This document shows positions 1 to 11,108 of a DNA stretch of 64,000 bases, piece by piece (positions within the stretch are counted from its first letter, which is position 1; every line of letters starts with the position of its first letter). The notes beneath the pieces were generated by a model. The model was not told the DNA's origin, did not search any database, and saw only the letters and a list, made by a program, of their open reading frames with translations. The position numbers and the translations under genes are program-made. The DNA comes from Trypanosoma brucei. Its lineage: Eukaryota. The DNA lies in the NCBI GenBank assembly GCA_000002445.1, contig CM000208.1:3712001-3776000 (forward strand), in the 5' to 3' direction.

Positions 1-1205
1 AATGCCGAGAGGATGAAATTAGTGCCAGGGAGGCGATTCTCGCGTCTCAAGATAGCGAAGCTGCAGTGATCAAAGACGCGTTAAGACGTATTGGTGGCGC
101 TATAGTGATAAACCAAAAGTTTGTGACGGATTTGCGAAATCGACTAAACACCGCGCAAACGGAGCAGCATCGACATCAACTACGGGGATGTTTGGAATAT
201 GAAGCTAACTCCCGCAACACTATCCTTGCAGCACAAAAGGACGGAGTCGCAACAATCAGATTTGCGTTTGAGCAGGCCCATCTTGCTTTGGAGCAGAAAC
301 AATACCAGACGACGCGATTGAATGCTGAGCTGGACTGCTCCAAGAATAATAACCATCTTCAAGGGGTGCGTGTGTGCTTGGACAGTGAGACCGACGCTCG
401 GGACCATCTTGTTGCGTATCAACAGGGTGAATGGCAGGTACTTGAGTTGTGTTTTAACACGGGTCGCAAGATGTTGATGGATAATGCGAGGTATTTATGT
501 GGGTTATTGGATACGGCCAATACTTCTCTCGCAGCCGCTGTTGTGCGTGCGCCAAAATCTGCATTGGGAGCTGTTTTTCTCTTTGAGCAACATGAGCGGT
601 TCGTTTTGGAGGAACTGAACGCACATACCACTTGTCTACAAGACGCACATCGCGAGTTATCCGTTTTGTTATCAACCAGTCAAGTACAACGTGAGTGTGA
701 CGTCACACTCACGGCACTTGAAAACTACTACTCGGAGGAGCTTGCACGCACAGAGAAGGAAAACAAGGAGCTGAAGGCGAATATACAAATATTGCGTGAG
801 AACCTCGACTTTCAAGCCAGCTTGGACCAACTCCAGGCTGAAATCGAAGGAGACGGACCAGCTGGGCTGGGTTCGGGTGGAGGATCTGAGGGCGACCCAC
901 TTTCCCTCACGCAGCACCGTGAGGGTTTGGGCATTAGCGGCCTCATCTCTAACTTTTTCACTCGGGTTGGATATGTTCGAAAGGATGGATTGCCACGCGA
1001 CTTTTCTCCCAGGATGATGATGTCGCACACAAGCAGTGAAGAGGATTTTGGTGCCATGAGTGATGCTGCTGCACGGTTTGGTTACACTCCTGTGAAAGAT
1101 GGTAGGAACAGGAGGAACAGCATGCAATCCATAGTAGGAAGCGCTCTTTTCCCCCCAAATCATGACAGCACGCCACTGCGCGATGATGATGCGAGCATCC
1201 AGTAG
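1..1205 (+). CDS. hypothetical coiled-coil protein, 5' end truncated by window (frame 3; ORF open from position 3 to stop at 1203-1205)
   Basis: ORF-track ORF 66..1205 begins at a GTG, but the same frame is open back to nt 3 with no stop, so the gene most likely starts upstream. Coding-like composition; Q/E/L-rich heptad-like segments. No family recognised. Confidence 0.55.
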   Translation, partial: CREDEISAREAILASQDSEAAVIKDALRRIGGAIVINQKFVTDLRNRLNTAQTEQHRHQLRGCLEYEANSRNTILAAQKDGVATIRFAFEQAHLALEQKQYQTTRLNAELDCSKNNNHLQGVRVCLDSETDARDHLVAYQQGEWQVLELCFNTGRKMLMDNARYLCGLLDTANTSLAAAVVRAPKSALGAVFLFEQHERFVLEELNAHTTCLQDAHRELSVLLSTSQVQRECDVTLTALENYYSEELARTEKENKELKANIQILRENLDFQASLDQLQAEIEGDGPAGLGSGGGSEGDPLSLTQHREGLGISGLISNFFTRVGYVRKDGLPRDFSPRMMMSHTSSEEDFGAMSDAAARFGYTPVKDGRNRRNSMQSIVGSALFPPNHDSTPLRDDDASIQ

Positions 1206-2306
1206 TCTCGGGGGAAATGCTTGATAAGAGTTTTATTAATCTCCTGGATGTAATGACAGGACGATGGATTAAGAAACAAGTTAGTGGGGAGTAAGTGACA
1301 AAAATTGTCGGGAGTCGTATCATTGTACTACGTTAATATCGCAGCATGAATTGTAATAAGAAGTAAAACTCTCTAACGTTTTTTGTTTGTTGTACAATAT
1401 TTCAAATGTTTTAATGTATTTTTCTTACCGAGGAGGAACAAAGTAACAACAGACAGACCTCCACATATCCATTGGACTCAGTCAATGTCATACACGCTAG
1501 TGAAAAGGGTGAAGTAGAGGTGAAATTATGCGGGTGTAGCCTAAAGGGCGCAACAATGTCCTGTTCTGGCGCCGGTTCACCGTGTTTTTGCTTCCCTCGT
1601 TACTGTCTCGTTTGTTTGGTTGTTTACTGTATTCTGTAATTTTCGTCTCCCTTTTACACTTTTGTACTCATCGGTTTCTTTCTTTTTCGTGGGGGGGAGA
1701 GGGAAGGAGGAAGGGGTCGGTTTCTCGCACTAGTTTTACTGTCACACTGTAGAATGATCGACTGTATATATCTATATATTTGTATTTATTTTTATATACC
1801 TACTTTTGACAGAGCTTTTTCATGTAACTGATTGTGAGTGGTGCGGGGTGGTTGCTGGTGTGGTGTAGCACTGTTGGCGAAGGAAGAGAAAAAGAAGTTT
1901 AAGAAGTACGTGGCGTGACCAAATGCGTTCAGTTTGGTTTTCAATCATCCTATTTAGTTATGGTTGTTGGTTAGTAAGCCGGTTGATACCGCTCATGACA
2001 CACCCTTTAGCACCGTGTATCCTGTACAAATTCACTCTAGTTGTCGCCCACATCTTTATCTTGTTTCCCTTTTCTAATGCAATAAGGGGATGTGCACAGC
2101 TGAGGTCCGTGATTGGTGTTTCGTTTTTGTGCGTGGGTGCAGGCGCGGGCGTCAAGCAATGAACTTTCTTTTGATTAAATTAACATGCAAAACGAAGCGA
2201 GGAAAAGTTTGTCTGCTCTCTGTCATCTCTTCTTGTCCTAAGGGTGGTTGTCTCCTTCAAGCATTGTCTGGCGCACGCTGAAATGGGTGTCGGGCGGTGC
2301 ATGAAG

Positions 2307-2388
2307 TTCTTTCTTATTCATCAATCCCTCCACTTTACTACTTTGTAAAACTCTCTCCTTCCCTTTCCTCATCTGTATCTTATTTTGG
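2307..2388 (+). promoter_or_regulatory. polypyrimidine tract plus downstream AG: candidate trans-splice acceptor region for the gMDH mRNA
   Basis: About 80 nt that are over 85% C/T (ttctttcttattcatcaatccctccactttactactttg...ccttccctttcctcatctgtatcttatttt), 160 nt upstream of ATG 2549. This is the kinetoplastid SL-addition signal architecture. Confidence 0.5.
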
Positions 2389-2548
2389 GGGCGGGGTCAC
2401 TGTGAACCTTTTACGCTACCAATAAGTTTGTTATCCATCATTATATTAAAAGTAAAATACTAAATATCAATAAAGCCACCCAAAGCCACAAAGGATCTTC
2501 TTTAAGACACACAAAGACAGGCACCAGAACAAAACTACCAACATAACA

Positions 2549-3520
2549 ATGGTCAGCGTTGCCGTAATTGGAGCCGCCGGTGGTATTGGCCAGTCTCTAT
2601 CGCTACTTCTTCTTCGCCAACTGCCGTACGGGAGCACGCTCTCGCTGTACGACGTGGCGGGTGCCCCCGGAGTGGCCGCCGATCTCTCACATGTTGACCG
2701 CGCCGGCGTCACCGTCAAATATGCTGCTGGAAAGCTCCCCCCAGTGAAGCGTGATCCCGCCCTCGCCGAACTTGCGCGCGGTGTTGATGTTTTTGTCATT
2801 GTCGCCGGTGTGCCCCGTAAGCCCGGTATGTCTCGTGACGACCTCTTCAACGTGAATGCCGGCATCATTATGGATCTTGTTCTCACATGTGGTTCCTCAT
2901 CGCCGCAGGCATGTTTCTGCGTCGTGACGAACCCCGTAAACAGCACCGTGCCGATTGCCGCTGAGGCCTTAAAGAAGCTTGGCATCTACAACAAGAACAA
3001 ACTCCTGGGCGTAACTCTGCTGGATGGGCTCCGTGCTACCCGTTTCATCAACAACGCTCGCCACCCTCTTGCCGTCGCCTCCGTCCCCGTTGTTGGTGGC
3101 CATAGCGACGTAACGATTGTCCCACTGTTTTCTCAACTTCCTGGTCCACTCCCTGAGGAGGGGGAACTGACACAGATCCGCAAGCGTGTGCAGGTGGCGG
3201 GTACGGAGGTGGTGAAGGCAAAGGCAGGCCGCGGAAGTGCCACCTTGTCGATGGCTGAGGCAGGTGCCCGCTTCGCGATGTTTGTTGTGAACGCCATCAC
3301 AGGTCAGTCTTCCCCGATGGTTTATGCGTATGTGGATACAGATGGCACTCAGAATTGCTCGTTCCTCGCAATACCGGTGGTTCTTGGCAAGAATGGCATT
3401 GAAAAGCGCCTACCGATAGGTCCCATGAATGCTGTGGAGAAGGAAATGCTTAAGCAATCCATCTCCGTTGTGAAGGCGAACATTGAGAAGGGAATGAATT
3501 TCGCGCGCTCAAAGTTGTAA
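2549..3520 (+). CDS. gMDH: glycosomal malate dehydrogenase (NAD-dependent MDH, PTS1 -SKL)
   Basis: ATG at 2549. N-terminal Rossmann motif VAVIGAAGGIGQSLSLLL, the MDH catalytic region (VTLLDGLRATRF, NPVNSTVPIA), and a C-terminal tripeptide SKL, the canonical peroxisomal/glycosomal PTS1. Upstream polyY tract 2307-2388. Confidence 0.9.
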   Translation: MVSVAVIGAAGGIGQSLSLLLLRQLPYGSTLSLYDVAGAPGVAADLSHVDRAGVTVKYAAGKLPPVKRDPALAELARGVDVFVIVAGVPRKPGMSRDDLFNVNAGIIMDLVLTCGSSSPQACFCVVTNPVNSTVPIAAEALKKLGIYNKNKLLGVTLLDGLRATRFINNARHPLAVASVPVVGGHSDVTIVPLFSQLPGPLPEEGELTQIRKRVQVAGTEVVKAKAGRGSATLSMAEAGARFAMFVVNAITGQSSPMVYAYVDTDGTQNCSFLAIPVVLGKNGIEKRLPIGPMNAVEKEMLKQSISVVKANIEKGMNFARSKL

Positions 3521-5126
3521 GCCCTCTTCAAAGGCAACTCTCCCCTATCCTCAATGTTTCTCTACCACCTTCTTTTTACCCTTTTCCAACTGGTTTGATC
3601 CGTAACCGGTCGTAAGGAAGAGGTTTGAACGTACATATATGCGCACAGCCGGAGCAAACAAAAGGATGAGAAGAAGTTTGGAAGGTGTGATGGTAGAGAC
3701 TGAAAAGGAGCAGGAAAACGAAGACAAAACAATAAGAAAGTTGAGCAAGGAAATCTGTTTTAGGTCGCGATATTTATCGACTGGAGAGGTACTCTGTTTT
3801 AAACGTGGACTTCAGTTATCTTAATTGATGTTTACTATCACTAACCAATTTTATGCAATGATGAGGAGAAGTTCAAAGAAAATAAAATAGGTGAATGAGA
3901 GATAAAGGTGGAAGGGGGCATACATGCGGAAGGTCGAGGAAGAAGAAAAAGGAAAATATGAGAACTATATGATCTGAAACGGAAGGCTTCTTCACCACAC
4001 ATATAATTTACCGTGTATACCCTTATCGGTTTCCCTTTCGGTCTCATAGCACGCTGAAGGAGAGTGTGAAGGAAAAAGAACTGGGATTGATAGTGAGGTT
4101 CCACTATAAAGGGAAAGGGCGAAATAATAACAATTATTATCATTATTCAAGAGGGGAAAGGGAAGAAAAATGAAAGAAACATTTTGGTAACTCTTTCCTA
4201 TCACATTTCTTGTTTTGTCGTTTCACTCCACCGTCATCCCACTCCCCACTGGTATCGGGATCGATCCCACATGAACCGAATGAGTCACTGAATATAGTTG
4301 TTTACGTGTATGTGCAAAAGTGCATTTGGGATTCCAACCGGCAAAAATGTAATCGACCGTAGACAACTATATTCGCAAGCGCACAAAAATAAATCTATTT
4401 ATCTATATATATATGTGCTGCAAGTATATGTGACAGGACACGTGTCGAATACTAACGTGGATCGTCTTATCGTCATGAATGATGCTATTGTCTTTTTTTT
4501 ATTTCAGTTTTCAGATTTTTATTTTTGAGTTTTGTTACTATAACTACCATCATTGGTGCTGCTGTTTTCTTTTTTTCCTCTTTTTTTTTTTTCGTATTTG
4601 CCCAAATTTCCCCTTCTATGTCGATTGAAGTGCTGCTTTGTGGTCGGGGTAGCAGTAGCAGCGGGTTCGGCAACCGCAATTTTGTGATTGCGGCTGACAT
4701 GGACGGGGGAAACAAAAGAAGAGGGGCAAAACAAGAGAAAAAAGATTATGCGTGCGAGCGAACGGTTCACATTTTCCAATTTTTTTATTTATTTTCTGTT
4801 ACTTTTAAATCTCCGTTTTTGTGTGCCTCTGTTTGCGCTAAGTTGCGCCCCCTCCCTCAACACATGCATCCACGGGTGCAGACGGTTACACTCACTTGAA
4901 GCCCGTGTGGTCATCATCTCTACCTTTTTCCTGCTTTCATTCTTTTATTGTTTTTCGTGTGAGACCTCACACAATATCCCTCGACACCGGTTTTCGCTCC
5001 GGCCTCTGGTGTTGTTCACATAGAGGCAAAACGGTGGGAAAGCCTAAAAGACGTGTGCTCGGAAAGGAAGGGAATAGCTGAACGGTTTAACGGAAAGAGT
5101 GAGCCATTGCTGCATGTTGAGAGTCA

Positions 5127-6299
5127 ATGCCATCTCCAATTGTGCTCACTCGCTCGGCACCGGCGCGGGCTCTCACCATCAAAATGTTTGATCGGCAGCT
5201 GAAAGGTCTACAGCGGTGTCTGGTAGATGCCCCATCGTGCGATTTGCACAAGTTATGTGCGGATCAAATGCTCGACCGGCGCGGTTTCGTCAAGCGTGAT
5301 ACGCCTGTGGTTCTTGAAGTTGGGGCCCACACGGGTTGGTTCTTCCGACACATGTTAGAGAAGCAGCAACTCTTTGGTCTTAAACAGTACATTCAGACGG
5401 ATGTTTGCGAGGAGAGACTCAACCGCAACTACGAAGAGATTAAGCACTTGATACCCCCAGACGTGGAGTTTGTGCAAATTTGCTGTGATGAGGAGGAGCC
5501 GAGTCCGTTTGGCATTCCAGAGCGGACGGTAGATATGGTGGTATCATGCCTCTCCATGCATTGGGTTAACGACCTCGAGACGGCAATGGTGAATATTAGG
5601 AAAGTCCTCAAGAAAGACGGCTTTTTGATGCATTCCATGTTCGGTGGCAATACGCTGTATGAACTGCGTGGTTGCTTTTCCATGGCTCAAACAGAAATCC
5701 TTGGCGGCGTGTCGTCGCACATCTCGCCGATGATTGATGGAGCGGGGCTCTCCACTCTGGTGCTGCAAGCAGGATTTAATCTCCCCAGCATTGATGTAGA
5801 CCGCCACCTGCTTCTCTACAAAACACCATTCCATTTGATGGAGCACCTGTCGAGTATGGGCGAAAGTGCGTGCCATTATATGCGGCGGCCACTCAGCCGC
5901 GATGTCCTGCTCGCAGCCTGTGCCGTGTACGATGTTATGTACAAGAAAAATGAACTAATCCCGGCAACCTTTGAGGTCTTTCACACGATTGCATGGAGTC
6001 CAAGTCCGACACAGGCGAAGCCACTGGAGCGGGGAAGCGGCCAAGTGCCGTTAGCCACGTGGAATTCAAAGAATAAGAAGCGCTTACAGGATGTGCTGGA
6101 TGAGTTCGCCCAGAACCCCGATGATGAAAAGTTGCAGGCGAAAGCGGAAGAGTTGTTTCAGCAGCTGCGCGAGGAGAGCGCGGCCATGCTTGAAAAGAAG
6201 GGTTTGGATGTCCGAGGTCTCGATGGTAACCGTGATGAGGAGGCGCGGGAGCTGGAAAAGCAGAAACCGGATCCTCCCTTCCAGAAAAAGGAGAGTTAG
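5127..6299 (+). CDS. NDUFAF5-like SAM-dependent methyltransferase/arginine hydroxylase (complex I assembly factor 5 homolog)
   Basis: Strong matches to NDUFAF5 signature blocks: VSCLSMHWVNDLETAM, MFGGNTLYELRGCFSMAQTE, HLMEHLSSMGESACH, ERGSGQVPLATW. ATG at 5127; a second in-frame Met (MFDRQLKG, 19 codons downstream) could be the true start. Confidence 0.8.
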   Translation: MPSPIVLTRSAPARALTIKMFDRQLKGLQRCLVDAPSCDLHKLCADQMLDRRGFVKRDTPVVLEVGAHTGWFFRHMLEKQQLFGLKQYIQTDVCEERLNRNYEEIKHLIPPDVEFVQICCDEEEPSPFGIPERTVDMVVSCLSMHWVNDLETAMVNIRKVLKKDGFLMHSMFGGNTLYELRGCFSMAQTEILGGVSSHISPMIDGAGLSTLVLQAGFNLPSIDVDRHLLLYKTPFHLMEHLSSMGESACHYMRRPLSRDVLLAACAVYDVMYKKNELIPATFEVFHTIAWSPSPTQAKPLERGSGQVPLATWNSKNKKRLQDVLDEFAQNPDDEKLQAKAEELFQQLREESAAMLEKKGLDVRGLDGNRDEEARELEKQKPDPPFQKKES

Positions 6300-6398
6300 C
6301 GATTTTTTTTTTTGCGGGGGAAAGAAGGGATGGAGTACTCGGTTCTTGTCATAGCATGGCGCGATGGTAATTGATGTGAAGCGAGTTGTTTGTCGCTT

Positions 6399-6430
6399 CC
6401 CCCCCCCCTCCCTTCACACACACACACACA
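6399..6430 (+). repeat. C10 homopolymer followed by (CA)8 microsatellite
   Basis: cccccccccctcccttcacacacacacacaca, read directly from the sequence. Confidence 0.9.
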
Positions 6431-6848
6431 CCGCTCCCTCGCCCTCAATTAAAGGAAACGGGGAGGGGGGGCTTCCCTGCAGGGGAAACTTATCGAGTGT
6501 GTAGAACAAATCAACAGTTTGTGGCACACGAGGTTTGCCGTTATGTCGGGCACTAGCGTCGCAAAAGTAGTGAACAATGCAGTTGTTTCTTCACGTTCAC
6601 ATTTTCCTGGCTGCGTTGCAGGTTCGTTTGTACTCATCCTGTTTACTGGATGTACTCTTCAATCCCCTTCTTTGCACGACTGTATGTAATATATACATAC
6701 ATATATTTTAAAGAAAAGGACAAGTTAAGCCCTCTTGTGGAGGGAAAGGCAAGATAATCATTTGAATAAGGGGAAATTGGATATTGGTGCCATCTCGCAA
6801 TCGGCGCTGACCTATCAGGAAACTCCTTTGCTGTAGTGCTGGCTACCT

Positions 6849-8513
6849 ATGAAGAAGAATAACTCCAAGGGTAACTCCAGTGCAAACAAAGCTTCGGCCG
6901 GTGACGTCTCTCAGGTGCAGTTCTGGAACTACTTGAAGAAAGGTGATGATGAAGGCCTGGAGAAAACCTTATTGCAGCGCGTCGAAAACTCAGAGACGGG
7001 TGAAGTGACGGTAGTGGTTAACTCGGCAGTGGCAAATCAGCTTGTCAATAGCCCCAATGCGAAGAAAATCCTTCCATTATCGTACGCCATAAGCCAAGGA
7101 ATGAGTGAGCGGGGGCTGCACGCGCTTCTACTGGCAGGCGCCAAAATCGATGCTATGGATGGAACGTCCGAGCGCGCTACCGCGTTGCACGCTGCGTGCT
7201 GGGGCGAGAACGACAGCGCGGTAATGTTGCTATTACGTTGCGGGGCCAATCCCCTCGCGGTTGATTCCCAAGGTCGCACACCCCTTCACGTACTTGCTTC
7301 ATTGAACGCCATATCGCTCTTCTCACTTGTTCTGGAGACGGTAACCAAATTTGGCGTGGACCAAAATACTTGTAGGGGAGATGATACCGAACAGCGGTTG
7401 GAGGGTCATCTTTCACTGGAAGGTCATTCGCCGGTAATAGTCCCTGCTGAAAGACTTCTTGACAGCCGAGACAAAGCGGGACTTACTGTTTTGCATACCG
7501 CCGTTTCCGACATTAGCAGCGGCTCGGATGGTGTGATCAGCAAACTACTGTCGTATTTGGAGGAAATGGCAAAAACAAGCGCGGACAAGGTGTCACGGTT
7601 GGTGAATATGACAACTGACTCTGAAAGCACGGCACTCCATCTGATTCTGTCCTGGCCGAACTGCGATGAAGGTGTGATGATGCATACCGTAGAGCGGCTC
7701 CTCAAACTGGGGGCGTCTGCTAGTGCTGTTGATAAATATGGTCAGACGGCAGTCACAGTGGCAGTGACGACACACGTTGGGATTACGGTGGCAAACGTCG
7801 TACGATCGCTTTTGAGAAGTGTTGAGGAAGGTGAAGACAACGAGGCCCGTCTTAAGAATGTGTTCATGCAGTGTGATAATGAAAAAGGTTACGCGCTCAT
7901 TCATCACGCCGTTGCTGCAAATAACATAGAAGTTGTGAAAGTTCTTGTGAACTTCCTTGGGGAGTTCGATGGAGCTTCTGGTTCGCAATACATTCGCCAC
8001 TGGCTTGGTGGGCTGCTTACTGACAACAACGAAACGGTAGTGCAGCTAATTGTGGAATACGGTTGCGATGAAATAGCCGATCTCCTTATTGGATTCCAAG
8101 CTATAAACAAGATCGATTACGAAAAATACAAGGAAGAACATGAAAAAATCAGGGAAGACGAGTCAGTTGGTAATTTGGAGGATGGCGATATCGACAGTAA
8201 CGAGGAAGGGGGACATGAAATTGGAGACGAGGTGGGGCTGCGCGGAAGACAGTTTGCTGGCCGTAGCACCGCAGCTGGTGCTTCTTCCGGAGGCTCGCGT
8301 ATCCAGCTGGCACGGAGGGCGCGGGCACGGGCGCAGGCGCAGTCGGCAGCTCAGCGGAAGAAAGATTCACCGAGGCAAGACAGTGAGGTGGCGGATCGCC
8401 AGCGGAATGCCGCACCTCTTTGGGTCATGTTATGTGCGGTCCTAATTTTCATTGCGTCGGCTGCGCTTGTTGGGTTCACGTTTAGGAATACCATTGTAAG
8501 TTTGTTCGGTTAA
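6849..8513 (+). CDS. ankyrin-repeat protein with C-terminal transmembrane anchor (tail-anchored)
   Basis: Multiple ANK-like repeats (G..TPLH..A / LL..GA..). Acidic and Arg/Ala-rich region (RRARARAQAQSAAQRKK). Single hydrophobic segment LWVMLCAVLIFIASAALVGFTF about 20 aa from the C-terminus. Confidence 0.75.
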   Translation: MKKNNSKGNSSANKASAGDVSQVQFWNYLKKGDDEGLEKTLLQRVENSETGEVTVVVNSAVANQLVNSPNAKKILPLSYAISQGMSERGLHALLLAGAKIDAMDGTSERATALHAACWGENDSAVMLLLRCGANPLAVDSQGRTPLHVLASLNAISLFSLVLETVTKFGVDQNTCRGDDTEQRLEGHLSLEGHSPVIVPAERLLDSRDKAGLTVLHTAVSDISSGSDGVISKLLSYLEEMAKTSADKVSRLVNMTTDSESTALHLILSWPNCDEGVMMHTVERLLKLGASASAVDKYGQTAVTVAVTTHVGITVANVVRSLLRSVEEGEDNEARLKNVFMQCDNEKGYALIHHAVAANNIEVVKVLVNFLGEFDGASGSQYIRHWLGGLLTDNNETVVQLIVEYGCDEIADLLIGFQAINKIDYEKYKEEHEKIREDESVGNLEDGDIDSNEEGGHEIGDEVGLRGRQFAGRSTAAGASSGGSRIQLARRARARAQAQSAAQRKKDSPRQDSEVADRQRNAAPLWVMLCAVLIFIASAALVGFTFRNTIVSLFG

Positions 8514-9040
8514 AGTGACAGCAGGCTAAAAAACTAATAACAAATATTATGATGGGATGCCTCCTATTTTTGGTGGTATTGAAAACGTCTACGTCATGGT
8601 TTGTTGATGCCTAAATGTTTTGCCCATGCTCACTCTTGTAGGGTTCGCCGTTGCCGGAGATGGCGCAAGAGATGATTAAAAAATGTTCCCTGTGATACCT
8701 CTGAATGATGGTGGGCTGCTCGCCGCATTCCTCTTGACTGTTGCCTTCCAAGGGAATCATTCTCTCGCGGAAACTATAAGAGTACCAGAATAAAGGAAAT
8801 GACAGCGTTGGTCATTCGCCTTCGTTTCGTCATGACTCATTTTGTGTGACTAAGAAGCTGGGGAACAAACGTAAGACCCGCATCCTCCAACCTTCAACCA
8901 TTTGTTTTGTAGGGGAACAGTTAAGGTGGGTGGACTTCGGAATGTCAGGTGGTTCTCCCCCTTTTTCCCCACGCGACAGCCGTGCCTTTTCTTCTGTATT
9001 GGAGCCTTTTGTAGCTAATCCGCGCGTGTGCAGATTTTAG

Positions 9041-9117
9041 GTCCTTCTTTTACATGATGTCTATGTGCATTTCCTTTATTTTCTCCCTTTCCTCTTTTTT
9101 TTTTCACCCTCACGCAG
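9041..9117 (+). promoter_or_regulatory. polypyrimidine tract with AG (9116-9117): candidate spliced-leader acceptor for gene at 9138
   Basis: Sequence cttcttttacatgatgtctatgtgcatttcctttattttctccctttcctcttttttttttcaccctcacgcAG, 21 nt before the ATG. Confidence 0.5.
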
Positions 9118-9137
9118 CTACACGTACCTTTTGAAAG

Positions 9138-9995
9138 ATGAAGAATGCACTGGAGCAGCTTGATCGACATCCGCTTGTCAACTTCCAGATGGATGTCTCC
9201 CCTCTTTATAGTGCGTTGAAGAACATTATGCAAGAACAGATACAGCAGGCGCAGCTCCAGGAGAAAATCAGTCAGCGGCTAACCAATTTAGAGGCTGAGG
9301 TGCGCTCTGTTGGCGTGCGACAAAAGGAGTTTGAGGATTCATTAGATGCTTTAACACCAGATGCAAAGCTGCAGACACAACAAACCCTTAAGGAGCTTAG
9401 TACAAACATCAAGAACCTCACATCCGACATGAAGAAAGTGCGGTATGATGTGGGAGAGGCAATGAGGACGGCTGTGGATGCGAAACGTGGCATACATGAT
9501 TTAGAAAGTGAACTGCTATCTATACGGCAGCAGCAACGGGATTTCTCTGACCTTCATCAGGAGGTGATGCGGGAGCACTTGAAGTTTACAGCTGCCGTTA
9601 AAGATATTCGATGGAAGATAGAAGAACAGGAAAAACTAATCCAAGAATTTTCGCAGGTTAAACCCCAGAACACAAGTGAGGTGGATGAGTCGAAACTGCA
9701 TGGCATGCTAAGTGCCCTGTGTGAGCGCACGGATCAAAACTTCCGAAGTGTTGAGGAGAGTTCTTTTGCCGTCGATGCCGAGCTTACGCGACTTCGTGCA
9801 GATATGAAATTTGTTCAAAATGAGGTGCGCATGTTAAGAAGCGAACTTCATCGCGGAGGTAACCATTTGCGCAGGGATGTGGGTTGTAGGCGACAGTCAC
9901 CGCACGGTGGTTCGCAGGGCGCTGACAAAAGCGCGTTGAGGAATGAAGAGCATCTAAACGGCTACGAAAGTGCCAGTACACAGGGGGCATTGTAA
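9138..9995 (+). CDS. hypothetical coiled-coil protein
   Basis: ATG 9138, preceded by polyY tract 9041-9115 and AG 9116-9117. 285 aa, Q/E/L/K-rich with heptad periodicity. No recognisable catalytic domain. Confidence 0.6.
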   Translation: MKNALEQLDRHPLVNFQMDVSPLYSALKNIMQEQIQQAQLQEKISQRLTNLEAEVRSVGVRQKEFEDSLDALTPDAKLQTQQTLKELSTNIKNLTSDMKKVRYDVGEAMRTAVDAKRGIHDLESELLSIRQQQRDFSDLHQEVMREHLKFTAAVKDIRWKIEEQEKLIQEFSQVKPQNTSEVDESKLHGMLSALCERTDQNFRSVEESSFAVDAELTRLRADMKFVQNEVRMLRSELHRGGNHLRRDVGCRRQSPHGGSQGADKSALRNEEHLNGYESASTQGAL

Positions 9996-10611
9996 TCCCG
10001 TTGATGTGAATGGAGGTTGCAGGAGGCAAAGGCATCTTTTGTCCTTTTGTTTTTTTCCCAACGCTCCCCCTTCCCGTCCCGAATGCGTGAAGTGAGTTGC
10101 AACTCTCCTCGCCGCCAACTCATCCTTGCGGTCATATATGTTGAGCCAAGGTTCACTGAATAGAATGCTATACCCCCCCCCCCTTCCCCCCAAAAAAGAA
10201 TAAAAATAATAAATAAAGTAAGGTGTACAGCACGTAGGCTGTGGAATCATGTGAATTTTATCTTGCAGCCGCCGTGAGATTGCCCTTGTTTTTTTTCGTT
10301 TTTCTTTTCGTTAATTTTTTTTTGCTTTACTCAATTATTTGGTCAACATTAGTTTTGCTAAGCGTTGCTTTTTTTCTTTTTAGGAGCGAGGTATTGGCCA
10401 TGTATTGCACTTTTTTTTTTTGATGTGGGAAAAGAGGAGGAGGGTGAAAGCACTGTGTGTAATGTTTCGGAGAATCTTATCCCCGCAATAATCTGAGTTT
10501 TTTTTTTGCTTCCTGTGTGTTTGCGTGTGTGAAGGTTACTATTCAAATGAGGAAATAGATTGTGCCATACTCACTTTGGTTTCCCCGTCAGGGAGGTGGC
10601 GCACAAGATGC

Positions 10612-10629
10612 GGGGCGGGGGTGGGTGGG
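10612..10629 (+). repeat. G-quadruplex-forming motif GGGGCGGGGGTGGGTGGG
   Basis: Four G-runs of at least 3 separated by 1-nt loops, in an intergenic region. Confidence 0.7.
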
Positions 10630-11108
10630 TGTATTCTTACCTTCCTCGTCATCCGTAAATACGCGTTACAGTAGCATAGAGGGAAAGAAAGTGTGTGTGG
10701 GGGGGGGAGGGGAAGAAATAGAAGACGGAGGAAAAGTGTAAAAGTTGGGAAAGGAATGTTGGATTTACATGTGTCCTTTTTTTTTGTTTCTCTGCTGTTC
10801 CTCTCACCAAGGGTCTTAACTGCTTGGAAACCTTCTTATTTTCTTCGTTATATGCTCAGGCGCAGGTCATGTGGGTCCTTCTGCTTCCCTTTTCTTTAGG
10901 ATCATCACGCCCTCGCTTCAAACCCTTCAGTAATGGACACTTCCTTTCAGTATGACTGTTCCCATCTCTTCTTGTTGTTTTCGTGTCGTTATTTTCCTTT
11001 CCTCTCAAATACCTACGCTTTGGTACTTTGCAACACCTGTGTCTCCGTTACAACGTTCGCTTTTCAACATACGAAACCACTGTGTAAAGTAGTGTGGTTG
11101 ACCAGGGG

